Under the pieces are notes generated by a model that did not search any database, was not told the DNA's origin, and saw only the letters and a list, made by a program, of their open reading frames with translations. A DNA stretch of 62,830 bases, filler included, from Sphacelaria rigidula (taxonomy: Eukaryota), in NCBI GenBank assembly GCA_964200075.2. It is 7 parts of 7 records of this genome, joined end to end, with 100 filler letters (N's around TTAATTAATTAA, not from the genome) between each part and the next. Parts side by side here need not be neighbours in the genome. Positions count along the whole stretch, not along the records: positions 17,983 to 26,873 come from CAXNAA020009827.1; positions 26,974 to 35,863 come from CAXNAA020009828.1; 5 more parts are not named here. One strand, 5' to 3'. The translations under genes were made by a program, and so were the position numbers. Shown piece after piece: positions 21,830 through 35,290 of this stretch. Positions within the stretch are counted from its first letter, which is position 1, and every line of letters starts with the position of its first letter.

Positions 21830-22840
21830 CATGCGCATTAGTTCGAGCGGTAGCCCTTGCTAATGTACACAAAGCAGTCTGGAGAGAACGTGTCGCAGCT
21901 CACCGTTTGTGTCAGTGGATGGTTGCTCCGCTCTTTGTTCTGTCGCGGGTCATAAACTGTACGTGATGGTCTGTGGCGGAGGATAGTTGCTCCGCAATTA
22001 TCTTGATTTTGTAGCGTTGCCCAGCATTTAGTTCACTTGATTTTATGGGTGGCTGAAACGTGTGTATCGCTACAACAGGAAATGCGACACAAGACGACAC
22101 GTACACACGAAGGCCCGAAAAAACACGCACGGACACGTACCCGTCACGCGCATCAGCTTGCATTACCCTTGGTGATGTACGCGCATTAGTTCCAGCGGTA
22201 ACCCTTGTTCTAATGTACCCACGGCAGCCTGCGTTGGACGGAAATCCGTTTGCGTCGTCATTGCTGACCGCTGATGTCCGTGATACATACGGGCCAAGAC
22301 CTGTTCGCTCCGCTGTTACCTTGAATTTATACTGCACATGATGAGTATTCTTGTTGCTGTTTAGTTGCTCCGCATTTAGTTTAATTGATTTTACGCACAG
22401 AAGTCAGCGATGACTGAAAAACGTGTGTAGGCCGCAGAAGACACCGAGTCCCGAGAAAACGCGCACAGCTACGTGCGCTAGGTTGCATTTTCATTTTAAT
22501 CTACGCGCATTAGCGGCAGCCCTTGCTAAAATGTACATGCGGCAGCCTTCGTTTGACGAAAATTTGTTCAGTATATTGGAGGACACGTGTCGTTGCTAAC
22601 CGCTCGCGCGAGTGTGCTGTGATCGTCTCTCTTCAAGATCTGAAGAGATTTGAGCAAGGCCACGCAGAACGTGCTCAGGTGATGACCAGCTACGGCCCGA
22701 GCTGTGTGTTTTGGGTTTGCAGGGGCACCAAGTTACTGAGGTTCACCTCTGATTGTGTTGGGTTGTGTGAACGCGCATTACTTCCTACCGCTTGCTAATC
22801 CACGCGCATTAGTTCCATCGGTAGCCTTAGCAGCCTCGGT
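21830..22840. repeat. Degenerate tandem repeat, ~270-350 bp period
   Basis: GCGCATTA(GTTC..GCGGTA.CCCTTG) at 21833, 22181, 22505, 22773 and 22804, plus other co-linear blocks. Confidence 0.65.
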
Positions 22841-23066
22841 TGTCCTGTCTGTACGTTTTAGGTTGGGTTTGTCTATATATATACGGTCACCGCCAGGGTG
22901 ATCGGCAGTGGTGGTGAGGGGATGAAAATACTGTTCCGATAAGGATCATTGGTGACTTGGATACAGGATGGGAAATGCGGACACCACCGACTTGATTGCA
23001 GCATACAGCGGAGCGACATTACGCTATCAATAAATAGGGTAATAATATCAATAATAATAATAATAA

Positions 23067-23508
23067 TGTTTGCTGAGGACTCGGTTCACAGTGATGTCCA
23101 GCTTCGTCCAAACATATTTCTCTCCTCTCTTGACTTTGATGTATCTGTAGGGGCATATGCAACTACAGACGTCACATCATTTGATTTGCCTACGAAGTTG
23201 AAAGTCATCGACACGAGGCGTTCGCTAAGGAGTGCCTGAGTTCACATCGCCTTGTTGATGATTGACTCCTTGACCGCCAACCCGACCACATGCTCTCCGG
23301 CCCTTCCCTTGCCCCCTTCAGCCCGCAGCAGAAGATACGATATCCCGCCTCAATAAATCGGTTCGACCCGCTCTTCTGGTCTCCTGCAGTCCAATAACGT
23401 CACATCAGACTGCTTGGCATTTTTGCAGAACCACCTCAGCATGACCAGCTCCGTTCTTGCCCATGAGGGACAATGTACGTTGTAGGTCGCCACTTTGAGC
23501 TTCTCCAT
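23067..23508 (-). mobile_element. Decayed LINE (RTE-like) apurinic endonuclease fragment
   Basis: Frameshifted MEKLKVATYNV...CDVIGLQETRR...GLAVKESI...ERL...VAYAPTD, the canonical APE motifs. Confidence 0.85.
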
Positions 23509-25471
23509 GCGCAAGCTAGCTCTAGCCTTAACTATATTAGAGAGTTTGGGGGGGAAGAAATTATCATCATAGGGTCAGAGTTGAGAGCGGCAGCTTTGAA
23601 ACTACAAAGTGGACGCTAAAACGTTCATAGCGGAAGCTTATGTGACGTGGCTCCACGTAGATTTTTTTGTCGCAGTGATTGGCCGTAGGTTGTGCCGCAA
23701 AATGTGCGATCGACCAGCGTCCAGTTCGAAAATGCATAGGTCAGCACAGCGCTGACTGTATAATAACAGAAGCGAGTCTGTGTTGTACCGTACCCTGGGG
23801 CACCGTATGTACCGTACACTACGCTTCACTGCACTTGCAGTACTTCAACGCACTACGGTGGACTGCAGGGCACAGTAGTGCCGTACTGCTGTGCAGTGTA
23901 GAGTACAGACAGTGCAGTACAGACAGTGCAATGAAGGACCCTATAGGGGTGATACGGTGAACTACAGCGATACCGTACAGTCAGTTGTACAGTAGTACAA
24001 TACTTGCGAACAACAAAGCCGCATTGTAATGGTTTTCCAACATGCCACCCATGAGGGTGCAAGACACCATGACCTCTAACAAAATGGCAATGCAGCCAGG
24101 TATAGTACTGCTTGTGCGCTGTAGACTACGAATCGTCCACACCGTCTTCTTTCAAATGAGGCTGGCAAGAGTGAGGGACTGCATCCAAGGCAACGTCGTG
24201 TACCCGCCGAGCATTTTAACTCCACGCACACAACCGAGCGAATGCTGAATGCTGATACCATAGCGGTGTCAGTAAGGTACTCTGATTGCGATGCGAAACG
24301 TTGCTACTTCGTGAATGGACCATTGTGATCAGTATGACAGTTGTGATGGATGTCCCACTTTGCTTGTCAGAGGATACTGATTTTGGAAAGGCTGTGACCT
24401 TGGTGGTGAAGGTAGGGGTGGTTCTCTTTCGTTCCGCTATGAACTTTGAACAGGCACATCGGTTTTCAGAGTGGAGAGGTCCGAATCGGTCTCCCACTCT
24501 GAAAAAATCACCCTGAAACACTTTTTATAGCGGAACGTGCACCGTTACCGGCTATTTTTCCTTTCACCCTGACCGAAGATGCGGAAAAACATTTTCCGAA
24601 ACTCTCTATTTACACGTCTTTCTCTCTGTTCTGCCCTCGTTTTGGGTCTGTTTCGCCTTCTTCACGTGCGAGTTTTTTCATGTTCCGGTTTTTCTTGGCT
24701 TGTCGGTTATGGTACTTGCCTTCCCAGCCCGCATCGGACGCTAGTTCCAGTCCGCCGAAACTGTTACTTACTCACACGTGTCTCATCTCCATGAATGTTC
24801 TTTCCGTGACCGTGCCCAACGTCGAGTAAAGCTCTGCACCTGCAGGGTTCTTTTTAGATGTCAGTTCAAGGCAGAACCCTGCAGCTACAGGATTGAGCCT
24901 GGAGGTCAACACTGTCGATACGTCCAACTGCCTAGCTGCTTGTTGAATCATGACCGATACAATTCATTGTACAGCAAGAAGAGAACGCAACTCGTGCAAG
25001 CCTCATTTTGCCCACGTTGGGGCTGTCAAACTAAGTTGATCGCGCCCACAACGTCATCGCGGTTGTCTAGCTATTAGAAAACACGTGAGACTCGTCACGT
25101 TTGTAGCCAAAATGTCAGCATCATGTGGCCATCGTTCATTTACTGTTGCTATCGTTTCTAGACATGACTCACGCTACACGAGGAATTGACCAGAGCTCTT
25201 GGCACCAACCTGACTTTGGCCAGAGCGTTATTGTGCTTATCGTGCTTTCGAACAGTGTGTAGTCGCACACATCAAGCACAGTAGTACAAATTTTGCATAT
25301 ATCATTTTTTTTTTGTAACCGTCTTTCGCAACGGTGACAGGGCCAAGCATTCCAAGAGTCGGACGAAAAAATCGTGATTTGTCCCGTTTAGCTTCGGCAC
25401 GAATCAGCCATGCTAGTCTTGCACAAATCATGATTCGTACATGTCTTTGGGTCGTGATTCGTGCGACACTC

Positions 25472-26190
25472 CAGGCTGGTACATGCTAATTACCCAAAAT
25501 TGTGTCATCAGCAAATGCCTTTCGCAATACCTACCCAATAGTCGCATACGTGACATCATACTGCCCGCCATGGACAGCTAAAGAGCGTGACATCGCCGGA
25601 TTGGTATTTTGGGGCCATGGTGGTGGCGCAAAGGCGGCACCTCGACCAATCAGCGCCCGCCAAATTGTTCCGAAATCGAGGATACGAATTCCAAGCCCAA
25701 TATTCACCTAATCTCTACATGCGTTCATAGTAACCCCTAGCAGCTCGAGAATCTTGAACAGCGGAAAAACATATTTGAAAATAGTCAATACAGCATCAAA
25801 TTATACCCGCAACTGTGGTGTTTCGGTGATGTGGGGTTTTGGCGTCGTCTCGTCTCCACTGACGATACGCACGAAAGACCCAGGGAGCCTCGTAACAACT
25901 TCCCTTGTATCTGCCGTAGAAAAACTCAGATTGCCCTCAAACGTGGCAGTTCCGTAGGTGTTGATGCTTTCAATAAGAACGTGGATTCTGTAGAGTTTCT
26001 TCATTTTCTACCGGCTTCCGGGGGTCCCACTGTGAAGATTCCCGGAACGTGGTACAGGATGCCTCAAAAGGAACAAGAATGAAACGATGCGTCCCAGGAT
26101 AGTCCAGTGAACATATGTATAAAGTTTTATCGAGAAACTCGAAAACCTCATGCAGTTTTTCTCGCCTCAACCAAGGTCTGTCAAAAATAT
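25472..26190 (-). mobile_element. One end of the CAGGYTGGTTCAC TIR element (homolog of 62040-62721, inverted)
   Basis: caggctggtacatgctaattaccc-aaaattgtgtcatcagcaaatgcc matches the reverse complement of 62675-62721; co-linear for ~700 bp. Confidence 0.75.
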
Positions 26191-26690
26191 ATTTTGGAAC
26201 ACGTAGGCCCCAAAATCGAAAATTCGAGTTTTTGAGGGGGGGCGGATAAGGGGGGGTAAGGGGTCGGGGGGGGGGCACGTCCAGCCTGCTATCCTCTAGT
26301 TTATTGTCGAGGCGTTGGCGGATGCGGTCAGTTGCCATGTACAGAGATTCTCGTCATGGAGACCGCTGATATGACGGACATACAGTCCTCCAAGCTCATC
26401 ACCTACCATGATTACATTTATGGGATGATGTTTCGTATCGTGTGCCTCAACTTTTACCACTAGTAGTCTGGGCAAATTTGGCGAGGCGTCAGATAATGTT
26501 TCTACTTTTGCTACGGGCTGTCGCTATCGTGCGCTCGTGTATTGTACATAGACATATGTGAGCGTTGCCGGTATCCGAGGTCATCGGGACAGGGCGGGCA
26601 AGGAGCAGAGCCAGATATACGAACCTCGCAAAACCCGCCACACTTTTCGGTTTTTGTCAGTGTTTGTTGATCAATTTCCTTTATAAATTT

Positions 26691-26860
26691 CACACCTTGA
26701 ACAATATATGGTCAACAGTTGCAATAGACAAGTAACGTATCGCATAAAGTATATGCCTATTGCGACTATTGTCGGCCGACAGCAGTTGCAATATGCCTAT
26801 ACTTTATGCAGTGCACTTCTCGTCTATTGCATCTATTGACCATATGTTGTCCAGGGTGTG
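26691..26860. mobile_element. Palindromic MITE, CACACCYTGGACAA family (subfamily 2), 170 bp
   Basis: cacaccttgaacaatatatggtcaa ... ttgaccatatgttgtccagggtgtg. Confidence 0.85.
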
Positions 26861-26873
26861 AAAATTTTCAGCA

Positions 26874-26973
26874 NNNNNNNNNNNNNNNNNNNNNNNNNNN
26901 NNNNNNNNNNNNNNNNNTTAATTAATTAANNNNNNNNNNNNNNNNNNNNNNNNNNNNNNNNNNNNNNNNNNNN
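26874..26973. other. Artificial contig linker
   Basis: N44-TTAATTAATTAA-N44. Confidence 0.98.
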
Positions 26974-27204
26974 GGACCATAGCCTCTCTCCACCAGAGTG
27001 GCAAAATCAAGCCTACAAGTCATGGAGGTCACCCATCACAGAGTCCGGCAATCAGACCCGCAACTCCACCTCACAATGTCCCTAACCTTAGGTAACAATG
27101 GTGGCTAGAGTCTACATTCCTCGTTGTTGTGATCCATTTGGTGCAAAGATATCCACTACACATTCCGCCCTTTTCTTTTTTTTCCTCGTTCCCGTGCCTC
27201 TACC

Positions 27205-27570
27205 ATATCCACGCAAAGCGTACCGATACCGTAAGGGCGGCCCTAGTGAACTGCAGGCTAACGAGACAGCTCAACCTTTCTTCGTTTTCAAACCAGCATT
27301 TGCGCAAACGGATGACCGATACCCTATGGGCTTCCTCAGCGGACTGTGATGTCTTGCGTTTTTTGTTTTCCTCGTTTTTATTCTTTCAACTATTTTGCTC
27401 TGAGATTTGCACCAACCGATGATCAACACCCTAAGGGCTTCGTCAGAAAATTGTCATGTGTTTCAGTTGAAAATTATCATGTGTTTCATTTTCCCACTCC
27501 TAGAACGGCTCTTTTCCCGATTTTTGCGCAAGCAGATGGCCGATATCCCAAGGGCCTCCTCGGTAAATCG
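27205..27570. repeat. Degenerate tandem repeat, ~110 bp x 3-4
   Basis: ttgcgcaa.c.gatg.ccgata.cc.aagggc.tc.tc at 27300, 27408 and 27524; partial at 27211. Confidence 0.65.
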
Positions 27571-28069
27571 CTACGCGGCAACCATTCCTGCCTGCTCCTG
27601 GATTTATCGGTCACGAGCTACCTCGTCGGTCTATACATCAGCACGAGTATTACATGTACCTCACAGTTGGAGTGATGTATTCTTGATTGTTATGCCTTGT
27701 CGAGCTTCTTAAAACTACAACATTCGAAATCATTTCGCGAACAATGCGCTTCCCCTTCGATGCTCGTTTCGGCCGTTGATACTGAAATCCTAGCTGAGTA
27801 TTGACGAACCGTGATTCGCATAATGAAGAGTAGTTATGAGTGCGGCCGCCCAGGTCATACGCTGATCCTGAAGGTCGTAGCTCGTCTGATGCCCGCTTTT
27901 GGTTTGGTCTGATTTCTCTCTTTTTTAGGTGTGGGGGGTTGTCGTGAAACGTGTGCCTCCACAGCTCCTTGGGACATGCTGCAGACTCACGCTCCAGAGT
28001 GGGCAATTGTTATGGTATTTTTTTAGAGGCAGGGGTCTGGATGAGTACTAGCAGTCCTATCGGACAGAT

Positions 28070-28480
28070 GTGAACTCAAGATTCTGGATATTGTTGGTGG
28101 TTGATCCCGTCTCCTTACAGTGCATGGGTTCCATATGAGAGTTTGATGCTAAAGCTTCTGAGTTTTGCATGCTTGGCAGGTTATAGCACGGATCTGAATA
28201 TGGTTCTTAGCTAAACAGCCTACTTACAGGGTACCGGCTGCATGTAAGAGTTGCATATAGTAAAATTCTGTATTGCACACGCTCTGCAGGTTGTAGCACG
28301 GATTTGGATATGGCTCTTAGCTAATTCAGTCTGCTTACAAGGTACGAGCTTCATGTGAGAGTTGGGTAGTAAGGTTCCAAGTTGTGCTTATCCGGCAGGT
28401 GGTATAATAGCACAGGTTTGGATATGGTTCTTGGTTGATACATTTCGCTTGTTGTACATGCGTTTCATGTGCCTTTGGGT
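28070..28480. repeat. Degenerate tandem repeat, ~110 bp x 3-4
   Basis: gcagg..tagcac.g.t.tg.atatgg.tctt.g at 28176, 28286 and 28395. Confidence 0.75.
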
Positions 28481-28972
28481 TCACAAACACAGCCTCCATT
28501 ATCGGAAGTGATTCCCTCTGTGTACACACATCATATGTCAAGCAGCCATGGTCATACTCCATAGAATATCCCATGACCTAGTCTCATGTAAATGTTATAT
28601 CTATATCCTGTATCAGCAGACAGTTTATCATGCACGTGTACTGGAGGTGGACTACTCTACAGCACCCGCAAAACTCCGGACTACTCGAAGTAAAGCGAGT
28701 TTGACAAACAGAAGACACCGATAATCACGTGCATGCTACCTTTGCCCTCCACTCAGTGACACACGACCATGCAATTTCATCTTTGGCAAACGAAAATGAT
28801 AATTTGCACAACTCTGAACATCGACACTCAAAGACAACGTCTCAATCAAACTCAATGAAGTCAATAATTCAGCCAATGGTAGTTGCCACTCATAGCATAC
28901 TCACACAAAATAAACGCGTCAAGCATAATACTATTCTCAATCAGTATGGCATTCAATAATCATCCCATGCAC

Positions 28973-31400
28973 TCAAACGTTGATACCGTACTTTGCCTGC
29001 AAAACTTCCCGCATATTTTCACTTAGTCTCAACTTACGCAGCTCATATTTTACAAACTGCTTGACTCTTTCCAAAATAGTTTCCACAGGCTCCCACGGGT
29101 ATTCATCTTGGCCAAACCCGACCCACTCCACTCGTACATATAATCCATGTCTTGCCTCGTCCTCAGATATACCGATGATAGCCACCATCTCAAACTCTCC
29201 CTGTGCAAAAGCATGCTAGAACACCTCCTTCAGATCAGTAGTAACCTCCAGCTCCTTGTCTGCATAAAATCGAAGGCGGGCAACATGCACGGCCTGTAAC
29301 TCGTCGGTCACAATGCACTGAACCCCGTATACGTGCTGCTGCACCGCCGTCACGATCGGCCGAGGACCCGTCCACGTGCTCACAAGCTTCGGTGCTAATC
29401 CCGAACGTCTCATCCTCGCCGCCAGCACGTAATCGCCTACCATAAAGTTTGGAAGCTACCCCTTGCTAGTCCAACGTCTCTGTAAGTCGTGATTCTTCTC
29501 GATACGCTGCGCCACCTTCATGTGCAACTCTTGCAGAGCCTCGATGATTGACGTCACTTTTTTCCACAAAGCGTCGTCGTCAAGCTCCTCGACTTGCCAA
29601 TCGCTCCCAGTTAACGGCCCCAGAGTGGAGAAACTGGTGCGCGGTGCCCGGCCAAACATCACATGGTGTGGCATGCTAGCATAGCGCTCTCCGAAACCAG
29701 TGTTCGATGCCCACTGAACGGTAGGAATCAAAGCCACCCATTCACGAACATCGCGCCTTTCCTCTTGCAATGGCCTTCAGAGTGCGCACAATGACACACA
29801 TCATTTGCTCACAGGTACCATTAGACCACGGCGAGTTGGCAACCGCGAATCGTCGATTCAGCTTCAGCGCTTTCTCGAGCGCTCTCATCACACAAATCTT
29901 GAAATGCGATGCCGTATCGCTCACCCATACCCGGTCCCAGCGTTTTGTACCATGTCAGCAGATGCTCCACCGTCGCCACCGCCATACAAGACTCCGCGAG
30001 CTCCAACCACACAAAGTTGCTCAGATCATCCATCATCACCAATACAGTGTATACTTGAACCAGTCTCCTTCGTTCAATCCACCTTCTCCCAGGGAACCAC
30101 TCTCGCCAACGTGGAGAAAATCAAAACGCATCACCGCCCCTTGACGAGCACCGTGCACCGTCTGCCCGAGGGGACGTGGGACCTTCTCCCCCGCCTCCGA
30201 AAACAAACAGTGCAGGCACACTGCTCACAAACTCGGTCACATGAATCTCCATCCCGAACAAACAGCAATTCTCCTGCAAGCGCTGTAAAGTTATCACAAC
30301 CCCTCGGTGACGAGCCCCTTTCATGTGAGCGCATACCACCAAGCGTGTTTGTAGCTCTTTCGCTTCCGGCGGGATCTACAGTGAATCTCTTCCTGCAACA
30401 TGCATGCAAAACAACCCTCACCGTCTTTGGAAGCAGGCCCAACAGTTGCAGTGAAAGACTCGGCCCCATCCACCATAACCCCTAACCTTTCACGGGCTTG
30501 CTCTCGAGCTTCACAAACGGGCTCCTTCAACGATAGTGTTTCATCAGGCTCTCCACTTGCAAGAAACAGCTATGACTCACACTGATACCGCTAGAACATT
30601 CTCTCATCGGGACAGTAAATCCCCCCAGCAGTTACGTTCACCAGGAATATACCTGATTGAGTAGTCGGATTGCCCGAGCACAGTTTCATTGCTCAAGGTG
30701 CTGGGCAGCCGTTCTCGCCAGTGTGGTCACACATGCTTCGGGATCGAAAATGTAAGCGAGATTGCGATGGTCCGTAAGTGTGGCGACCCCACCCCACAGA
30801 AGGTACTCTAGCCTACGAAATGTACTCACGCTGGCATATCCTTACTTGTCCGCCGTAGCCCACTGCAGATTCGCTCCACAAAACGTCCCGCTAAGAAATC
30901 CCAGTGGCTCATGATTCATGTCCTACATGGCTACGTCATGGTCCATCTCAGTTCTCGGCGCCTGTGTCACAAAACTACCCCAATGAAGATCCGACGCGTC
31001 AGGAAACATCATCACCTCATATCCCTCCTTGGGGTGTGACAGAGCAACAGCATGTGTCAACAAATCTTGTGCCGCTGTCCAAGCTTCCGCACGCTCACAT
31101 GTTCACGCCGCGTCCTTAATTGTCCTGTTTGAAGCAACCCGCTTAGTACGGCGTACGTTGCCTACCATGCGCTCTCGTAGCAGGATACGAGGTGGCTCCA
31201 CCACCTCAGCGAGGCGCGGAAAAGATGTCCGCATCCGGTTCACCGCCTGCAGAAATTGCGTCAGATGGCCTGCAGTTTGAGGACGCCTCATATTTTCCAA
31301 ACCACTCAGCCGCTCCCGATCGTGAGCCACGATAGGCAGGTACTATACCCAGCTTTTGAACTACATCACCGCGTCCGGCCCTTGCGTGTCGCAGGCGCTC
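28973..31400 (-). mobile_element. Decayed Ty3/Gypsy pol: RT end, RNase H, integrase, C-terminal chromodomain
   Basis: Order RT connection (RPQTAGHLTQFLQAVN), RNase H (TDHRNLAYIF; IPGERNCWGDLLSR), HHCC (AH...HRG...CLHC), core (FDFLH...MDDLSNFV; SPWSNGTCE), GPY-like (PKLVSTWTGP), chromo (VRVEWVGF...WEP). Many stops and frameshifts. Confidence 0.9.
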
Positions 31401-34400
31401 GATTGCATACAAGGTGGCTTGACCAGAAGAAAAGCATACTAACGAGGATTATCCTCTTGTAAACGACGAAGTTTCACAGGCTTCATGTTTGTGCATCCTA
31501 ACAGCAGCGGACACGAGTCGATCAAGGGGCTCCAGGAGCAGATCGAGGGGTGGCCGAGGTGGTGGTGGAAGAAGGGCTTGGTGGACTACTTACTGTGCTA
31601 TAGAAAGTCTTCCCAAGGCTGGACCAAGACATAGTGTCTATTTTTGATTGATCAGTGACGCACTGCTTCAACCACTTCTTGTTGGTATCTTTTTCGGGGC
31701 GTATTTCCACGTTTGGGCTTTCGACGACACGGTTTTGGTCCCCGAACAGGAAATATCGCCACCACACGTCTTGGACACTTCACATCGCTCCCCCAAGAGG
31801 AATCTAGCACATTTTGCAGATTCGCTTCTGTCCGAGGTTCCGAAAACGACCTCTGGACGAATACGGCTGAAAAAAGAAGTGCGCTACAGCTGTTGATTCA
31901 CTAGACACGTATACTTACGTTCTCGAGGGGGTAGAACATTGCTTATACCCCGGAGCAACCTCTGATGGCCAATCGTTTAGGGTGGAGGGGACGCGTCATT
32001 TCCAACGTATTGTAGGAACACCACCAATACGCGGAGCAGGGAGATGACGGGCGCATTGCTACAACCATGTTGCCTCTGGTACTTGGGCTTGCGAGTACGA
32101 TGCAGGGGTGCTGTGGTGTTCGACAAACAAGTAGAATATATTTACATGGACGACATTGATTTGACAGAGCAAGAAGCGAAAAAATGTCAATCTTCTCAAG
32201 ACTTCAGTATACCTTCACGAGGACAAAGCGTTTGCTTGGTGGTGGGTCACAGGAGACGCAAGGGGTAGAGAGCGTTTTATTACTTTGGAATACAGTGAAT
32301 ACGCGAGGGAAAGGTAGTTTGGTATTGATTGCGAGAGAGGGGGATGGGAGGGGGGGGCACCTGTTGACACTTCATCATTCAACGCACTGTGACGTATCAT
32401 CTCGCGACACAACTAGTGTAGCCTTGTTGCGAGTGCCGTCACTCTACCCACCACTATCCGTAAATGTACTGGAGGTATTCGCTGGAGCTCTCTTCTGTTT
32501 TCGCGTGCCGCCAATCGGCATACTCACCCACAGATAAGTTCCATTGCTTTTTGCGGGCGCTACAACATTTTGTCAGCGTACAACCGCCTTTAATTTTCGG
32601 GGGTAGCGATAACACGGCGTTATCATTGCCATATCTACTCTTGTTGGTATGCTATAATATACATACAAGCATACCATCTGAGCTCTTTCTCCGGGGAGGC
32701 CCGTAAAGCTCGTATCGCCTGAGATAACCTATTGCGGGGGAACTCTCTCTTTGTGCACTCACGTTGTGGATCTTAATCGCCGGTAACATTCGTTCATCGC
32801 GAGCAGAATCCGTTGTTCGCACAGGCAGGAGGTACATGTGTGTACGCGGCTCATCATACAGGCGACCAGAGTGGTACCCTTGAGGCGCTTGTAGCGTTCC
32901 ATGATTTGAAGGGTGATGCCAACATGTATACAACGTCCGGGGGGCGTTGCCCCGAGGTTATTTAACGTGCACACGCCCTGTGCACCTCCTTGTGAATACC
33001 TGTCGACAACCTAGTTGGACCATAGACCATCGCAACATTTGCCCCGAGGTATTCCTCTGGCATCTCTGAGGATAATGCAGAACTTTGGTACGGCATTTCG
33101 TATCTCCATCCAGTATTATTGTGCGACCCCCGTTCCCCCCCCCACCTCCGTCGTATTCGCACGGCATCTCGACGCGCCGAACACTCTGTGAAACAGATTG
33201 CTCTGCTTTGCAATCGCGCTTCCGATTTCCATTATCCTTTTCCTTTGTTAGGCTACTTCTTATGTATGAAGAAATAAATCTTGTTGAAAAGTGTATTTTT
33301 GATCCTTCTCAATCGTTTTTCGCCCGAAAAGAGGGCCAGGCGGATGTTGACACCTTGAAATGACTTACTGCGTTCGTTGAGACGGTTCCGGAGTACCTCT
33401 GCGTTTTCCGTAGGTCACAGTTTTGTTATGGTGCGTAGGTGCCCGCTAGCCTGATCACCACCTTGTCCCCACTGTGCGACCCTCAAACGGCCAAGAAGCA
33501 AGTAAACAAGACTCGATATGAACACCCTTTGTCTCGCCCGAAGCACTCTCACCTCCACTGTGTATCCGAACGGCTGCACGGCGGCCTTCATGACCTCTTC
33601 AGCAGAAGTACCGGTGGCAGGAGCCAGCAATGCCGGCGGGATCGTGTCGGCCGGCAGCTTCGACGGGAGCAACCCTAGGCCCACATACACTGCGCCGCCG
33701 ATATCGTGATGTCGAGAAATAGAGGGTGAAAACGAGCCCAGCGGCAGTTGGAAAGATTGGTGAGAGTTCATGACACCTCTCACAAACGAAAACATTTTAC
33801 ACCTGCATGAAGACCCGCCGCTACCGTAATCAGGGAACACGACCTTTATGTTCGCATGTATACCGCCTAGCCGTGGTGCGGCTCTGTGTACCTTGAAGAG
33901 CCCAGAGGAGAATGCTTTCTGGAACGTCTTCTCTATGCGATCATGCACCACGACGGAGAGACTGGCATCTGAGAGAAAGAGCTCGATAGGGCGCCCGCCT
34001 TGGAGGGCGATCTCCAGCAGCTGTGTACTCTCGACCCCAACACCAAGGACAGCGTCGCCCTTGTTGGTGAACCTTCATGGATATGAAGAGGCAACGACGC
34101 TGGATAAACGACGCAGAAGTAAGACCTCGCGATCCGCGCAGAGTGGTTGATTGTAAGGTTCGTCGCTCAACGAATGAATCAGCACCTTTCGTGACACGCT
34201 ACCCTGATGTAATAGTATATACAACGACCCGCTTGTCGCGTTACGAGTTGCCTTACGCTAGTATGAAGGAGAAAAAACTAGACCCAACAATTTGGTGATC
34301 GAACATATCGGAGTAAAAAGTGGTATAGGACCGAGTGTACACGGTTTGAAAAACTACCAATCCATACAAATACCGACTACGACTGAATCGTCTGACAACA

Positions 34401-34898
34401 TCACTAGGGGTGGCTGCTGCTTTCCATTAACCACCGGGGGAAAAGAATTTTCGGGATCGCCGGCCGGAGCTCCTTGCTTGTACGTCAACATCTCGGTGTG
34501 CCCGCCGCCGATCTTCTGCCAGCAGTCTGGCATTTTCCCCCTGATTGTGCTGCCGTAGGGGTCGGCAAATGTGACGTGACCCTTTGATTCACCGTGAAAC
34601 ATTTTCCCTTTTGCTCTGACCGTTTGTGGGCCACCATGATGGCTTCGTGATGCGGGTAGAAATATAATTTCTCTTCTCTCCTCCGAGAGCCCCCGTGTTT
34701 GCTGGAATATTCGATGAGGACAGGGTCTTCTTCGAGCGCCATGGTGTGGTCTTGAGTGATGGCGTCTGTGACGTCGCGCAGACGGGTCGGCGACAGCGAG
34801 GGCCGGGGCGGGGCGGGGCGGTCGGGCGGGGGGGGGGGGGGGGGCACCTCTTTTTTTGCTTTTTTTCGCCATTTGACCATTGACCGCGCCACNNNNNN

Positions 34899-34949
34899 TG
34901 GGGGGGGGGGGGGGGGGGGGCGCGGGGGGGGGGGGGGCGCGGGGGGGGG

Positions 34950-35006
<57 letters not shown>

Positions 35007-35290
35007 ATACTCGTTCTTTGCTTGTCTTCGCCATTTGACCATTGACCGCGCGACACTTAGCCGGAGCACCGTTCCTGCACCTAATAAATACTTCCAACAT
35101 TTGGGCACTCATGACGTTTCTTCCATGCATGACCCAAAATTCTTTACAGATCTTATCCCCTTCCTGCTTCACCTTCTGTGGCCACCATCTATATCTGAGT
35201 ATAGCGATCGTTTTCTCGCTACAACTCCAAGTACCAAACGATTCTATACCACCTTCATTTATATCCCGCGTTTCCCCCTCTATGTATTGC
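34899..35290 (-). mobile_element. Family A, longest copy (~290 bp plus ~105-nt G-run), carrying an ORF C-terminal remnant
   Basis: Translates ...ESFGTWSCSEKTIAILRYRWWPQKVKQEGDKICKEF / WKKRHECPNVG / IRCRNGAP...VNGQMAK, then the shared tail. Confidence 0.8.

Noticed and set aside
27205-28480. CRISPR-like arrays (also 21830-22840)
   Set aside because: The repeats are degenerate, the spacers resemble each other, the context is eukaryotic and no cas genes are present.
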